Source: a virus. Taken from it: DNA of 64,000 bases. Below the pieces are notes generated by a model. It saw only the letters and a list, made by a program, of their open reading frames with translations. It had not been told where the DNA came from and searched no databases. A program made the translations under genes and the position numbers. The stretch is taken from positions 1-64,000 of the IMG/VR virus record IMGVR_UViG_3300044640_000597. One strand, given 5' to 3'. Positions 46,601 to 55,460 of this stretch are shown in pieces; position 1 is the stretch's first letter; every line of letters begins with the position of its first letter.

Positions 46601-49327
46601 TGTAGAACCTGTAGCAGTATTGGTATAAGTAGACCCTACGTCTATTAGATTTCCAGTAGAATCAATTCTTGTTCCTGGGGCTGAATATCTAGAGGCAATG
46701 TAAACATTCCCCCAAAGTAGCCTTGGTCCAGGTAAATCCCAGTAAGGATCTTCTTCATCTGCAGCATCGAAGTTAATCATGTTACCAAGGTCAGGGTGCA
46801 CCCAAGAGAATGTATCTTCTCCAACTCCAGATCGAAATTGTCTATAAAATGTATTTATTGCATTGCCTCCTGTAGTCCCAGGAATGGCACTTGCAAGAGC
46901 ACCTTTATATCCACCTCTCCAGTTTTCCATCATTACAACGTACTGGATGTCTATGTGAGTAGCTGTAGCAAGAGTATACTTTTTTCTTAGTAGAGTAAAG
47001 TCGTGAAACTTAAGTACAGGGTTTCCCATGTAGTAAGCTTGAGGAGGAGCTGATGGGGGACCGACAACTTCGGGGGCCCATAGTGCATTAGCAATCATTA
47101 ACCCTCCATACTTCTGGTGACCATCCATAGCCCAGATGTTAAAGAATGGTCCAGTACCAGCACTTTTGTTGGTGTTAATTAAGTTAGATGCTAGATAAGA
47201 AGTTCCTGGATGAGCCCCACTTTGTCCTATAATAGTTTTATTTCCCTCAGTTCTTTTGGCATAGTATACTCTATATCCTTGTACTTGATTAAGTATAAAC
47301 TTTGGAATTTTTATATTATTTAGCTGTACTCCTAATATCCTTACAGTCTCTGAGAAATCTCTTGCACTTGCTTTAGTCAAGTATACAGAGTCAGCGGTAG
47401 ATATATCAGGGCTTCCGAAATACGTGTCTCTAACAACGTGGCTAAAAGAAGCGTTGTGGTTAGATGGCATTTTATGATGTCTTACAAAATTACTAGCTAA
47501 TGCATTTCCTAAATATATACTTTGCCCAGAAGAATCCACAGCCCAAGATGTAAAGTCATTGGTGTCTGGATATCTTTCATTTTGATTTCTCCAGAACCCC
47601 ATATTGTTAGTCGGATTAATAGTAGACATGTAACTAGTATCCAAATACTGATAAGGTAATGAGTCTGGTGAATAAGCTAATATTTCATCATACTTAAAAA
47701 TATCTCCATCAGGACCTATATTGTTTGGCAAGCTTGCCCAGTCTAATTCAAACCTATCTGCTATGTTCCTCCCAGGTATATGGTAAGCATAACTCTCACT
47801 TCCATCTTTTAAGATAAAAGAAATATAAAATGCATAAACTTCTCCACGTCTGTAGCCTTTTCTTTTAAATAAAATATTAGGATCCCGATAACCAGCTGAC
47901 GTCCCTCTTTGAATAGGAACAATAACATTACTAATGTAAGCATCAGTTACACCATCCATTCCTTCCAACTCTGCATACGGTATAGTACCAAATGTTCCTA
48001 CTGGATACCCCTCAGGGCTGCCACTTAAAGGGGGGTACAGACTTGTATTCGGATCTGGGTAGAATAGTTGAGAGTAGCCTTCATTTAAATTGTAGACATC
48101 ATAGTGCCTAGGATCAAATTGTGTTAGAGTGTCAGTTACAGCTTCTATTACAATTTCATTTGCAAATCTTTGATACCCTAGATCTGGTCTGCTAGTAAGA
48201 TTAGCAGCATACAACTTGTTATCTAGTTGAGTGATTGATTTAGCAGTTAAGTATCTTACTTTGTCTAGTACAGCTTCTTCAATAGCAGATGCTGCTGATT
48301 TTTCTAACCCACTATAAACTACCCCTGCAGTTGTACCTAAGATGTCTAGTTTTTCTAGCTTGTATACAAATCTAGCTTTACCACTATACTGTATTACGTA
48401 GGGGATAATGTAAGAGTACTCTCTGTTAATATCAGAGATGTTCCAAACAATAGACTTATTTGTCTGAGTATTGTTTGGGGCTCCACTAATAGACTCTCTA
48501 GGAATTGTAGTGTCGTCTCCTGGAACTATGTATACTGGATTTGATACTGTTAAAACATTTGTCTCTGTACCGTCTTGATCAGCATATGCTATGCCTATAT
48601 AGTATGCTCCTGTAACAACCCCACCACCTTTTAGAATTTCAATAGAATCAAATTTAGGTATTCTTCCTGCATCTAAAAAAATATTTAAGAATTCTACTCT
48701 CGAGTTATTTCCGTATAGATTAGAAGGATTTGATGTAGTAGTGAGAGAGTCTAGCTGCTTAGTTATGTTAAATACCCTAGGTGGATTGTATCTATTTATG
48801 TACTTAATATTACTAGCAGGATCTGTGATAAACTCATAGTTATTATCTGTAAAGTATACAAGTTCTTCTTGAGCTGGAGATACTCTAAACTCACCAGTAA
48901 CAGGATGCTCAGTATCAAAATTTAAATGTCCTAGTGGGTTAACTGCTCCAGTTAGAGTATTTTTATCTGTAGTATAATATAATACGTCAGCAATTTGAGT
49001 AGCTACGTTTACATAGAATATAGCAGAAATGTTTATTACACCATGTACTAAATCTGTATACTGACCTGAGCCAAATATGATAAAGTTATCATTTAATAAA
49101 GCAATCTGTCCTATTGGAGAAATAGCTACATTTTGAGTACCTCCTCCAGAGATAAGAATGCCTGAAATATTTAAGGTACCAACTTGTATGTTACCATATT
49201 CATTCAATACATTTAATTTCTGATCGTCTACGATAAGATTAACAGCATCTCTATAGCTACCATCAATCTGATCCATACGACCAGTATCTTTAATCATCCC
49301 CTTTAGAGGCTTAAATGTATCTGCCAT
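43637..49327 (-). CDS. Tail muzzle/stabilisation protein
   Basis: 1896 aa; YFTDN, GYRRGEVYAFYISFILKDGSESYAYHIPG, FGGDTY, WASRHSYIP; position after the ring protein. Confidence 0.85.
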   Translation of the reverse strand: MADTFKPLKGMIKDTGRMDQIDGSYRDAVNLIVDDQKLNVLNEYGNIQVGTLNISGILISGGGTQNVAISPIGQIALLNDNFIIFGSGQYTDLVHGVINISAIFYVNVATQIADVLYYTTDKNTLTGAVNPLGHLNFDTEHPVTGEFRVSPAQEELVYFTDNNYEFITDPASNIKYINRYNPPRVFNITKQLDSLTTTSNPSNLYGNNSRVEFLNIFLDAGRIPKFDSIEILKGGGVVTGAYYIGIAYADQDGTETNVLTVSNPVYIVPGDDTTIPRESISGAPNNTQTNKSIVWNISDINREYSYIIPYVIQYSGKARFVYKLEKLDILGTTAGVVYSGLEKSAASAIEEAVLDKVRYLTAKSITQLDNKLYAANLTSRPDLGYQRFANEIVIEAVTDTLTQFDPRHYDVYNLNEGYSQLFYPDPNTSLYPPLSGSPEGYPVGTFGTIPYAELEGMDGVTDAYISNVIVPIQRGTSAGYRDPNILFKRKGYRRGEVYAFYISFILKDGSESYAYHIPGRNIADRFELDWASLPNNIGPDGDIFKYDEILAYSPDSLPYQYLDTSYMSTINPTNNMGFWRNQNERYPDTNDFTSWAVDSSGQSIYLGNALASNFVRHHKMPSNHNASFSHVVRDTYFGSPDISTADSVYLTKASARDFSETVRILGVQLNNIKIPKFILNQVQGYRVYYAKRTEGNKTIIGQSGAHPGTSYLASNLINTNKSAGTGPFFNIWAMDGHQKYGGLMIANALWAPEVVGPPSAPPQAYYMGNPVLKFHDFTLLRKKYTLATATHIDIQYVVMMENWRGGYKGALASAIPGTTGGNAINTFYRQFRSGVGEDTFSWVHPDLGNMINFDAADEEDPYWDLPGPRLLWGNVYIASRYSAPGTRIDSTGNLIDVGSTYTNTATGSTEQLGGLLRLPTFLPNQANLLSDAQSIFMIEPNGATYLAGLSILKSTSANSFKSSTYLHNTFGESAIALSLESGLPMLGGYRSNEWSYVGLGNLMWSLPIYAAGTLYPLISGINPDFYPANNINDGGLGASFVTDLSEWYGLMSRGHGSLRQPYAIRTPDTSGVPASINITGGSTAGLPVITTFDPDINNLFVGMLVTSGAGYLPTTGPVYIESLDASGGIITLTENILITDPINGYNFYPRGGIEGSPVNDPRTRPNVYLVNLCATKTDVYEPFDSQKLVWTGYYKSLLNVNIDTGYDAEDDNYYYGQGSTSSSEPVFGGDTYLCKYSYRTTSNLYGLGRFNRGVNRYLDFSNPTGSQDDYLFGDIPIDLTEGRTPSFGTNIFGTTSDYDVLRFGGSGPYPQGGDEIEGLRRSAVTTDDNWSKNGNVAFSTIYQFIVESDDNINYRHAGDPEAGVSELNSMYFDKYVAADVLWRSPLGDLTKMDNILYEDHYSASQDIRVTIPFPKEAISTPFFPNRVIRSSAQDGNFNDTYRYFLGLQYKDFAVNRGQITNIFNLKALLYIHTEKSLFRTKGKQNLELSDATQAYIGSGDLFAQEPDEFIQSTEGYNGLYNKMGSLVTKDGYIFVSRKSRKIFLVKDEIVDLTELGINAWARENIPFALEAYGWDPDGARVMDSAVYNVDSPTADFGFLVSYDPLFKRTIITKRELIPTQYFVEEFKQNRIFFQNEKNQFYDSNTSSFIPLEEGVYFERGGWTISFSNGMSIWASRHSYIPPLYAYNSKYLYSFDTQILPFVGQYTYMYEHSDLSNPGNFYGTVYNFEIDCIFTAPVNAIYTSFKYTADVFSKVNYSLPVEQQFHPGFTSFYVYNTTQISGEIDFVYLNNIRKTDNTWNINAFRDLSNIANNTGLAVGQINVQGVPYTSTFASTSTEPMFLYEGIINSNYINSNKPWYEQRKFVDKFLGIRLIANNLSRNLINLYTVTAALRVSPR

Positions 49328-49329
49328 GT

Positions 49330-50226
49330 TTATAGAATTCCGTAGTTAGTGTATCTTCCTCTGTCTAAAGTCTCTCTTGTACCAAGGTTCTCAAAGAAGT
49401 TAGCATGTCTGTTCAGGTTAGGAACAAGACGAACCCACTGGTTCATGAATGACTCGTACTTATCAATGCTTGGGAAGTTAGATTGGTTTCTAGCTTGTGA
49501 GCAGTAGAACTTCCATTTGTTATCAGCAAAGTCATACCCGATACCGTTCATAGATGGGGTATAGCCTCCAAGCAACATCTGCTTGTATACATACCAGAAT
49601 AAAGCTTCTTTAAAGCTAACATCTTCTGGAATCATTGGGTAGCAGTCCTCATCAATTGGGAATGCAGTGTAGCTTACACATACAGCTCCATCCTCGAATG
49701 AAGTCTTAATGTAATCCCCATCAATAATATAGCTAGGTTTAACTACACCGTATAAGTTCTTACAATCCTCACAATCTAAGCTGTTAGGGAATGTAGTTGT
49801 TCCGTATTGTAGTGGAGTTAGTGGTTGACCTGTATTTAAATAGAGATTCTCGAGTACCACTATTCTAGCATTCAGTTCTCTTAACTGATTGTTGAATCCT
49901 ATTTTATCGTTTGGGTTAGATACGATTTGAGCATTCAGAGTTTTAACCTCTTCAAACAAAGCATCAAGTTCTACAGAAATAGATGGATTAACAGCACTGT
50001 TAACCCCAACTTGCTGGATATAGTAAAGGTCCATTGGAAGCAGAGCCCTAAAGTTCTTAATAGGCAAAACACAGCCCTTCTGACTGAGCTGTGGTGCAGA
50101 GCCTATGTGCTCTAATGCTTCCCCCATCCATTCTACAGCATCATCAATCCAGTTATCTCCAGGAGGTTTTAAGTCCCTCATAACTTTTCTGATAATGACC
50201 TTACTTGATATTAGTTTGTACAGCAT
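49330..50226 (-). CDS. Tail tubular/ring protein
   Basis: AVEWMGEALEHIG; YIKTSFEDG...YTAFPIDEDCYPMIP; lies between the IHF-like and muzzle genes. Confidence 0.82.
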   Translation of the reverse strand: MLYKLISSKVIIRKVMRDLKPPGDNWIDDAVEWMGEALEHIGSAPQLSQKGCVLPIKNFRALLPMDLYYIQQVGVNSAVNPSISVELDALFEEVKTLNAQIVSNPNDKIGFNNQLRELNARIVVLENLYLNTGQPLTPLQYGTTTFPNSLDCEDCKNLYGVVKPSYIIDGDYIKTSFEDGAVCVSYTAFPIDEDCYPMIPEDVSFKEALFWYVYKQMLLGGYTPSMNGIGYDFADNKWKFYCSQARNQSNFPSIDKYESFMNQWVRLVPNLNRHANFFENLGTRETLDRGRYTNYGIL

Positions 50227-50229
50227 CTT

Positions 50230-50736
50230 TTAATGTTTATGAAACCCAGGTACGTATTTCTTAAACCGTAAGTAGGCTAGCTCATCAGTGTGTAAAAGGG
50301 CAGTAAGCTTTTCCTTATTGCCCTTTACACCTCTAGTAGCATCAAACCTATATGCGGTTTTATTTTTAATCTTAGCACGGCTTTTAGTCCAGTGGAATTT
50401 ACAGTAGAATTTATCTGTATAGTAAATGTGCCACTTTTCCCCTTCCCCTGTTCGGCTATCATAAAGCTCTACACCTTTGTCAAGTAGTTCCTTTTTGTAT
50501 TTTGTAGTCTCTCCCCAGTCAATCTGTGGTTTTCTTGGGTCTCTTTCTACTCTTCTAACTGATACTGTACCTAGGTTATTCTGCAAATTGAATTCGTATC
50601 CGTTCAGTAACTCGTTAAATATTGCAATGTTAAACTCAGAACATATGTCAGCAAATACTCGGTAATCTATCTTGTCTTCAGTGTTTTCGTCGTAGTCTTT
50701 AAATATAGCTCTAATTGTATGTGATTTGGTTTGCAT
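50230..50736 (-). CDS. crAss IHF/HU-like DNA-binding protein
   Basis: ELLNGYEFNLQNNLGTVSVRR, IDWGET; conserved position. Confidence 0.75.
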   Translation of the reverse strand: MQTKSHTIRAIFKDYDENTEDKIDYRVFADICSEFNIAIFNELLNGYEFNLQNNLGTVSVRRVERDPRKPQIDWGETTKYKKELLDKGVELYDSRTGEGEKWHIYYTDKFYCKFHWTKSRAKIKNKTAYRFDATRGVKGNKEKLTALLHTDELAYLRFKKYVPGFHKH

Positions 50737-50784
50737 TATTAAATCATTTCAGGCCCTGTACAGTCTCCACTCCAGCATCCTGTT

Positions 50785-51501
50785 TTACCTTTTCTTTGTC
50801 TTCTTCTTGCTTTCCTCCATCATCTCCATACCAGCATCGTTAGAGCTAGTAGAGTCAGACATACCACCAAGACCTTTCTTGCCTTTAGCAGCCATTTCTT
50901 GGAACTTTTTCTTACCGTACTTATTTCTGCCGATAGTAGCAGCTATTGATTTGGCCGAGTCCTCAGACTTTCCTTTTTTTTTTAAACCTGCTACCATTGA
51001 AGCAAATCTTCCACCACCACCTGGCTCCATAGATTTACCACCAGTTTTCTTTGTCTGTCTGCCTGGGGTCATCATGTTTTCAATTTTTTCTTTTTTACCC
51101 TTAAGTTTTTTAACATAAGAGTCAGAAAGAGTTGATTCTGAAACACCAGATATTTTACTAGCAGCTTTATTTAGATATTCCTCTGAGTCAAGATTTTTTG
51201 AATTAGCAGTAATGTCCTCTATTTTTTTGTTAACTTTGGCAAGCTTTGCTTGATTTCTTTCTGCGGGAGTTTTAAACTTAAAAGGTTTTCCAGGATCAGC
51301 ACCCCCAGTTTTTTTCTTAGTGCCTTCCATTCCGTGCATCTTTTTCAATCTAGAGACGTTTTCAGATTTTTCAGCAGCAGAGTAAAGTCCACCGTAGCCT
51401 TTTTTCATTGGCTTGTTTCCAAAAGTAATTTCTTTTGATTCCTCCATGAAGGAACTTTTCTTCTTAGAGGCCTTGCCTCCTTTTTTATACATTGGTACCA
51501 T
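50785..51501 (-). CDS. Lys-rich basic protein with repeated KKxGG motifs
   Basis: 238 aa; GGGGRF...IGRNKYGKKKFQEMA module. Confidence 0.75.
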   Translation of the reverse strand: MVPMYKKGGKASKKKSSFMEESKEITFGNKPMKKGYGGLYSAAEKSENVSRLKKMHGMEGTKKKTGGADPGKPFKFKTPAERNQAKLAKVNKKIEDITANSKNLDSEEYLNKAASKISGVSESTLSDSYVKKLKGKKEKIENMMTPGRQTKKTGGKSMEPGGGGRFASMVAGLKKKGKSEDSAKSIAATIGRNKYGKKKFQEMAAKGKKGLGGMSDSTSSNDAGMEMMEESKKKTKKR

Positions 51502-51512
51502 CTTCTTTGTTA

Positions 51513-52322
51513 TTAACAGTTTTTACCACCCATTTTCTTTTTGCCACCAGTTTTTTTGCCATAGGTTTTAAGCTTTGACATAAACTCTGTTTTTTGTTCA
51601 GGAGTCATAGCAGGTTTTGGGGTTTTTCCAATAGCAGCTTGCCCTTGAGCAGCGGTCATCTTACCTTGAAACACTTGGCCTACAGCCTCTTTTGTTGACA
51701 TTGTAGGACCAGCAGTCTGGTATTTTTTAGAAGGTCCACCGAACTTAAGTTCTTTAGATTCTTCTAACCAGCTAGATTTTTTCTTTCCCCCAGTTTTTTG
51801 CATACCAGGTTCAGTTGCATACACTCTTTTAAAGTCGTATTGAACTTCAGGTTTAGGGGCAGTTGCCTCTTTAAATGCTGCTAAATTTGCTTCTCTTCTA
51901 GCTTGTCTATCTGCTTGATTAGCAGCCATTTTAGCTTGACGAGTGTCAATTACAGCTTGGTCTGCTGCTATTTGTTCTGCACTTTTTTTAACTACTCTAT
52001 CTGCATATTGCGGTTTAGAGCTAAGACCTGTAGCACCTGCACCAGTATAGTTACTTCCAGATACACCAGCATAGCTAGAGCCACCAGCAATTACATCTTT
52101 ACATCCTGCTCCAACACATTGTTTTCCAGGAGCAGCATTTGCTGACAGTCCTGTAACAGTAAATTTAGGACCTGCAGTTTGGTATTTTTTAGCTTTTATT
52201 TTCTTCTCTTGTTTAAGCATCTCTTTAGTTGGTTCTTTACCAGAGCCTTTGTTAGCTCTTATATTATCCCACAGACCTCTTCGACTAGTAGAGCCGTCGG
52301 CTCGTTTAAGCATTTTCTTCAT
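51513..52322 (-). CDS. Lys-rich basic protein with KKYQTAG/KTGG repeats
   Basis: 269 aa; KRADGSTSRRGLWDNIRANKGSGK N-terminal module. Confidence 0.75.
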   Translation of the reverse strand: MKKMLKRADGSTSRRGLWDNIRANKGSGKEPTKEMLKQEKKIKAKKYQTAGPKFTVTGLSANAAPGKQCVGAGCKDVIAGGSSYAGVSGSNYTGAGATGLSSKPQYADRVVKKSAEQIAADQAVIDTRQAKMAANQADRQARREANLAAFKEATAPKPEVQYDFKRVYATEPGMQKTGGKKKSSWLEESKELKFGGPSKKYQTAGPTMSTKEAVGQVFQGKMTAAQGQAAIGKTPKPAMTPEQKTEFMSKLKTYGKKTGGKKKMGGKNC

Positions 52323-52536
52323 TGTCTGTAAGTTTTTTATCGTACATGGCTCTCTGCTTTCTTGCAGTCAAAGCTCGTTCTATGTTAAACCAAATAAGGG
52401 TAATTGCCCCTACGATTCCTAGGCCCCAAGTGACTGCATTAGACATCATTGCCCAAGTCCATCCTGCCCATATTGCATTAAGTCCGATCCATTCAAGTTG
52501 GTGAGTCATATTATCGTCAAATTCAAAGTTTTTCAT
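52306..52536 (-). CDS. Small membrane protein, holin candidate
   Basis: Two hydrophobic helices and a charged C-terminal tail; ATG at 52536 preferred. Confidence 0.55.
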   Translation of the reverse strand: MKNFEFDDNMTHQLEWIGLNAIWAGWTWAMMSNAVTWGLGIVGAITLIWFNIERALTARKQRAMYDKKLTDNEENA

Positions 52537-52540
52537 TAGG

Positions 52541-52807
52541 TTACCAGTTTGAGCAGCTACCGCATCTCCAGACACGAAGCGATTTGTTTATTCTTGAATT
52601 TGGGTCGTTTGCAGTTTTACTTGATGTCAGCTTGGACTTCATCCCACACATCCTGCTACAGAATGAGTTACGTCGTTTTCCACCCTTAGGTTGTGGGGCT
52701 CCTAGTTTAGATCCAGGGTTAGCGGCACGGTAAGAAGCTCTGCCTTTTGCATTTAAGCCCCCTTTTGGGTTCTTACCTTCTGATCGTTGCCAAGCTGGTG
52801 ATGCCAT
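52541..52807 (-). CDS. Small basic phage protein (DUF6321-like; family name from recall)
   Basis: AWQRSEGKNPKGGLNAKGRASY...RRNSFCSRM...DPNSRINKSLRVWRC. Confidence 0.8.
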   Translation of the reverse strand: MASPAWQRSEGKNPKGGLNAKGRASYRAANPGSKLGAPQPKGGKRRNSFCSRMCGMKSKLTSSKTANDPNSRINKSLRVWRCGSCSNW

Positions 52808-52812
52808 CGTTA

Positions 52813-52820
52813 CAAAGTTA
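52813..52820 (-). promoter_or_regulatory. Bacteroidota -7 promoter box, possibly leaderless transcript
   Basis: Minus strand TAACTTTG-TAACG-ATG(52807). Confidence 0.5.
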
Positions 52821-52828
52821 GTTTAAAA

Positions 52829-53551
52829 CTATTGAGGTTGGTTATCGTAGTTAGAATTTTGTTGGGCAGTTTGCGGAGCTTGAGGAGTGATATCCTGAAG
52901 CCTATCTGCAGTGGTATCTGTGAATGTACCAGCAAGTAATCTTAGCTCCCCATTCATCATGCCCTGGGTAATGGCTTGCACCATGTCCATCGGCATAGGA
53001 AACGGGGTGTCATCAGTATAACAAGGCAAGCCATTACAATCACTAAATTTAGAAGCCTCTTCTGGATTTTCGAATATCCCTCTGATATTGACATAGTCTG
53101 CACCTTTGTTATTTAGAATGTATAAGTAGTCTTCAATCATGTAAGCTTTCATGTTGTTGCCAGTATACTTATCGGCAGATATAAAAGCTACTTCGTATGG
53201 CTTAATCATTTGTATCCTTCCAGTACCTGTGATATCCCCTACGTAGGTAATGGCTTCTTCAAAGTTAAACCTAACAGTTCTAGGGAGAGGTTTAATACTT
53301 CTCCAGGCTGGACAGTCTATATTTATGTTACAACACTTAGATAAGTCAACTCTCTCAAGTTGAACACATCTTAAGTCTTGTTCTAAATGTCTGGTTACTA
53401 AACCATTTCTTGCAAAGTCCCTACGAATGAATACAGCACGGTAATGCTTAATGTTAAACTTGATTTGCGACAATGAAATATTATCATCGTTCGAGGACCT
53501 ACCCCCACGAAAGGAATTTAGAAGGTTATATGCAATCTCATCTAAGGTCAT
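52829..53551 (-). CDS. Tail ring protein (crAss001 gp40-like)
   Basis: SNDDNIS...IRGIFENP...PFPMP pattern and synteny. Confidence 0.72.
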   Translation of the reverse strand: MTLDEIAYNLLNSFRGGRSSNDDNISLSQIKFNIKHYRAVFIRRDFARNGLVTRHLEQDLRCVQLERVDLSKCCNINIDCPAWRSIKPLPRTVRFNFEEAITYVGDITGTGRIQMIKPYEVAFISADKYTGNNMKAYMIEDYLYILNNKGADYVNIRGIFENPEEASKFSDCNGLPCYTDDTPFPMPMDMVQAITQGMMNGELRLLAGTFTDTTADRLQDITPQAPQTAQQNSNYDNQPQ

Positions 53552-53562
53552 CTATGAATGTA

Positions 53563-53862
53563 TTAGTTACTTATTTTATTAGTCATCTCTTGCTTAGCTT
53601 TTACTAAGTCTATGCATTTCTCGTATTCTTCGTTTTGTTCAAAATAACTTATCATAAGGTCTGCAACATTCAAAAAGTCCTCAAGCTTGCTAGGGTTAAA
53701 TGGAAAGATAACCACAAGCTTTTCAGTAGTTAACTCAGCCAATGTTTTTTTGGCTGTGATTAACTTATATCCATTATTGTAACAAGCATCAATTGATGCT
53801 ACTTTATCGAAGAACTCCTCCATATCCTGGTCGAATTCCTCGTCGTATTCATCTTCACTCAT
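53563..53862 (-). CDS. Small acidic protein with UVR-like C-terminal helix pair
   Basis: YFEQNEEYEKCIDL. Confidence 0.6.
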   Translation of the reverse strand: MSEDEYDEEFDQDMEEFFDKVASIDACYNNGYKLITAKKTLAELTTEKLVVIFPFNPSKLEDFLNVADLMISYFEQNEEYEKCIDLVKAKQEMTNKISN

Positions 53863-55010
53863 TTTACAATAGTTTGTAGATAACCCTCTAGCCCATTAGT
53901 CTTGCTCCATATATAAGCTTGACCTGTCCTAAGAGCTGAGTATCCCATTGTTCTGTGCCAGTCATCATTGGCACAAATGGAGGGGATAAATCTTACTTTA
54001 ATTCCACGGTACTCATTCACCATTTCCTTATGTAAGTGACCACAGTGTACCTCTCTAATCGGGCATCTGGCAAACATTTCTGGTTGCTCAGTTGCCATAA
54101 TCAGCGGCATTTCACTTGGCTTCTCTTTATCCCCGTGAGTAAACATTAACATGTTTACTCCGTACTCTACATACTTTCTACTTTCCATGCTGTTATCTAC
54201 AACGACATTTTTATCGTTACGATACCATCCTTTGATGACATCTCCAGCATAGAACATTCTTTCAAAATCATGATTCCCTGATACTACTATTACATGCACT
54301 GGAGCTTTAGTCTTTAAAAAGTCTATAGCTTTAGTCATCAAGTTGCAGTATCCCTGGAAGCTTTCTCTCCACCCAACTGCATCATGTTGAAAGGTTCCTT
54401 TCGTTGTAGTCAACCTCATCCCCTCGGAATTCATCCCGTCATTCCCGATAGGAAGAATAAACTTCTCAATATTTAATCCCTTTGCCTTGTCCACTAAATT
54501 GTAGACAGTGCTCATGAATTGCTCCTCTACTGCATCCATAGAAAGTTCAGTCAACTTTCCATAGTGTATATCAGGAAGAGAGATCTCATAGGCTACCCCG
54601 TCATCACCATCTTGAAATGGAGCAGACTGCTTGTATACAGTTGGACTGAATATAGCAGCAAACTCCTCAATCTCTATCTTTATCTCAGCCATTGAGATTC
54701 TGTCATTCTTTGTAACTACAGAGAACCGTTGTTCTCCTCCCATTGTCTGCCAGAATTTAACAGAAGATACATCGTCTCTATTAATTCCGTTCTCTAGTAG
54801 ATAGCTTTCAAACTCAGTTATTACACTGTCATTATCGTTAGAGTTATCAGCGAGGCCAAGTCTAGCTTGCTTAAGTAGTTTCTTAGCCTCTCTGATTGCC
54901 TCTAATGCTATCTCTTCTTTAACATCGAACGTAGTAGATACTCTGCTAGGACCACTCTTAAGGTAACCTGGTTTTAGCTTTAGTATGTCTACCAATTCTT
55001 TTAAACTCAC
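53859..55010 (-). CDS. Calcineurin-like metallophosphoesterase
   Basis: PDIHYG, GND, GNHD, THGD, GHLH. Confidence 0.9.
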   Translation of the reverse strand: MSLKELVDILKLKPGYLKSGPSRVSTTFDVKEEIALEAIREAKKLLKQARLGLADNSNDNDSVITEFESYLLENGINRDDVSSVKFWQTMGGEQRFSVVTKNDRISMAEIKIEIEEFAAIFSPTVYKQSAPFQDGDDGVAYEISLPDIHYGKLTELSMDAVEEQFMSTVYNLVDKAKGLNIEKFILPIGNDGMNSEGMRLTTTKGTFQHDAVGWRESFQGYCNLMTKAIDFLKTKAPVHVIVVSGNHDFERMFYAGDVIKGWYRNDKNVVVDNSMESRKYVEYGVNMLMFTHGDKEKPSEMPLIMATEQPEMFARCPIREVHCGHLHKEMVNEYRGIKVRFIPSICANDDWHRTMGYSALRTGQAYIWSKTNGLEGYLQTIVK

Positions 55011-55435
55011 TACTGTACGATTTTTATTAGAGCCTCTAATTGCTCAGCTGATAGATCTTCAGGAAGCAGCTTTTCGTTAATTGTTTTAAGCTCTAGAGTT
55101 GAAGCTGAATCAAGTTTAGCATTAACAGATTCAAGCTGTTCTTTTCTTTTATTGATTACTTCTATATTTTCCTCTTCAAATTTTCTCAATCCTTCTGCAT
55201 CTTCTGCTTCAATAAACCTTTGAGCTTCTATAGAAAGTTTCATAAACTCTTCTGATGGAATTGCTTCAGCTTCAATTGGGTCAAGATGGGCCTTTATTAC
55301 TCCAGTATTTATAATAACTGCTTTAGCATAGGCTACTCCCTTAACCGATCTTGTCTCGTTAAGAGTTTTGAAAATGTTCAAGAACTCTCTGTTTGTTGCT
55401 GTTACGTGTACTCCGTACTTCTCTGCGTTAATCAT
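55010..55435 (-). CDS. Probable tail-fibre chaperone/hypothetical protein
   Basis: Helical acidic 141-aa ORF directly downstream of the fibre gene. Confidence 0.5.
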   Translation of the reverse strand: MINAEKYGVHVTATNREFLNIFKTLNETRSVKGVAYAKAVIINTGVIKAHLDPIEAEAIPSEEFMKLSIEAQRFIEAEDAEGLRKFEEENIEVINKRKEQLESVNAKLDSASTLELKTINEKLLPEDLSAEQLEALIKIVQ

Positions 55436-55460
55436 TTGTATTTGGTTTTAAAAAGTTTGC

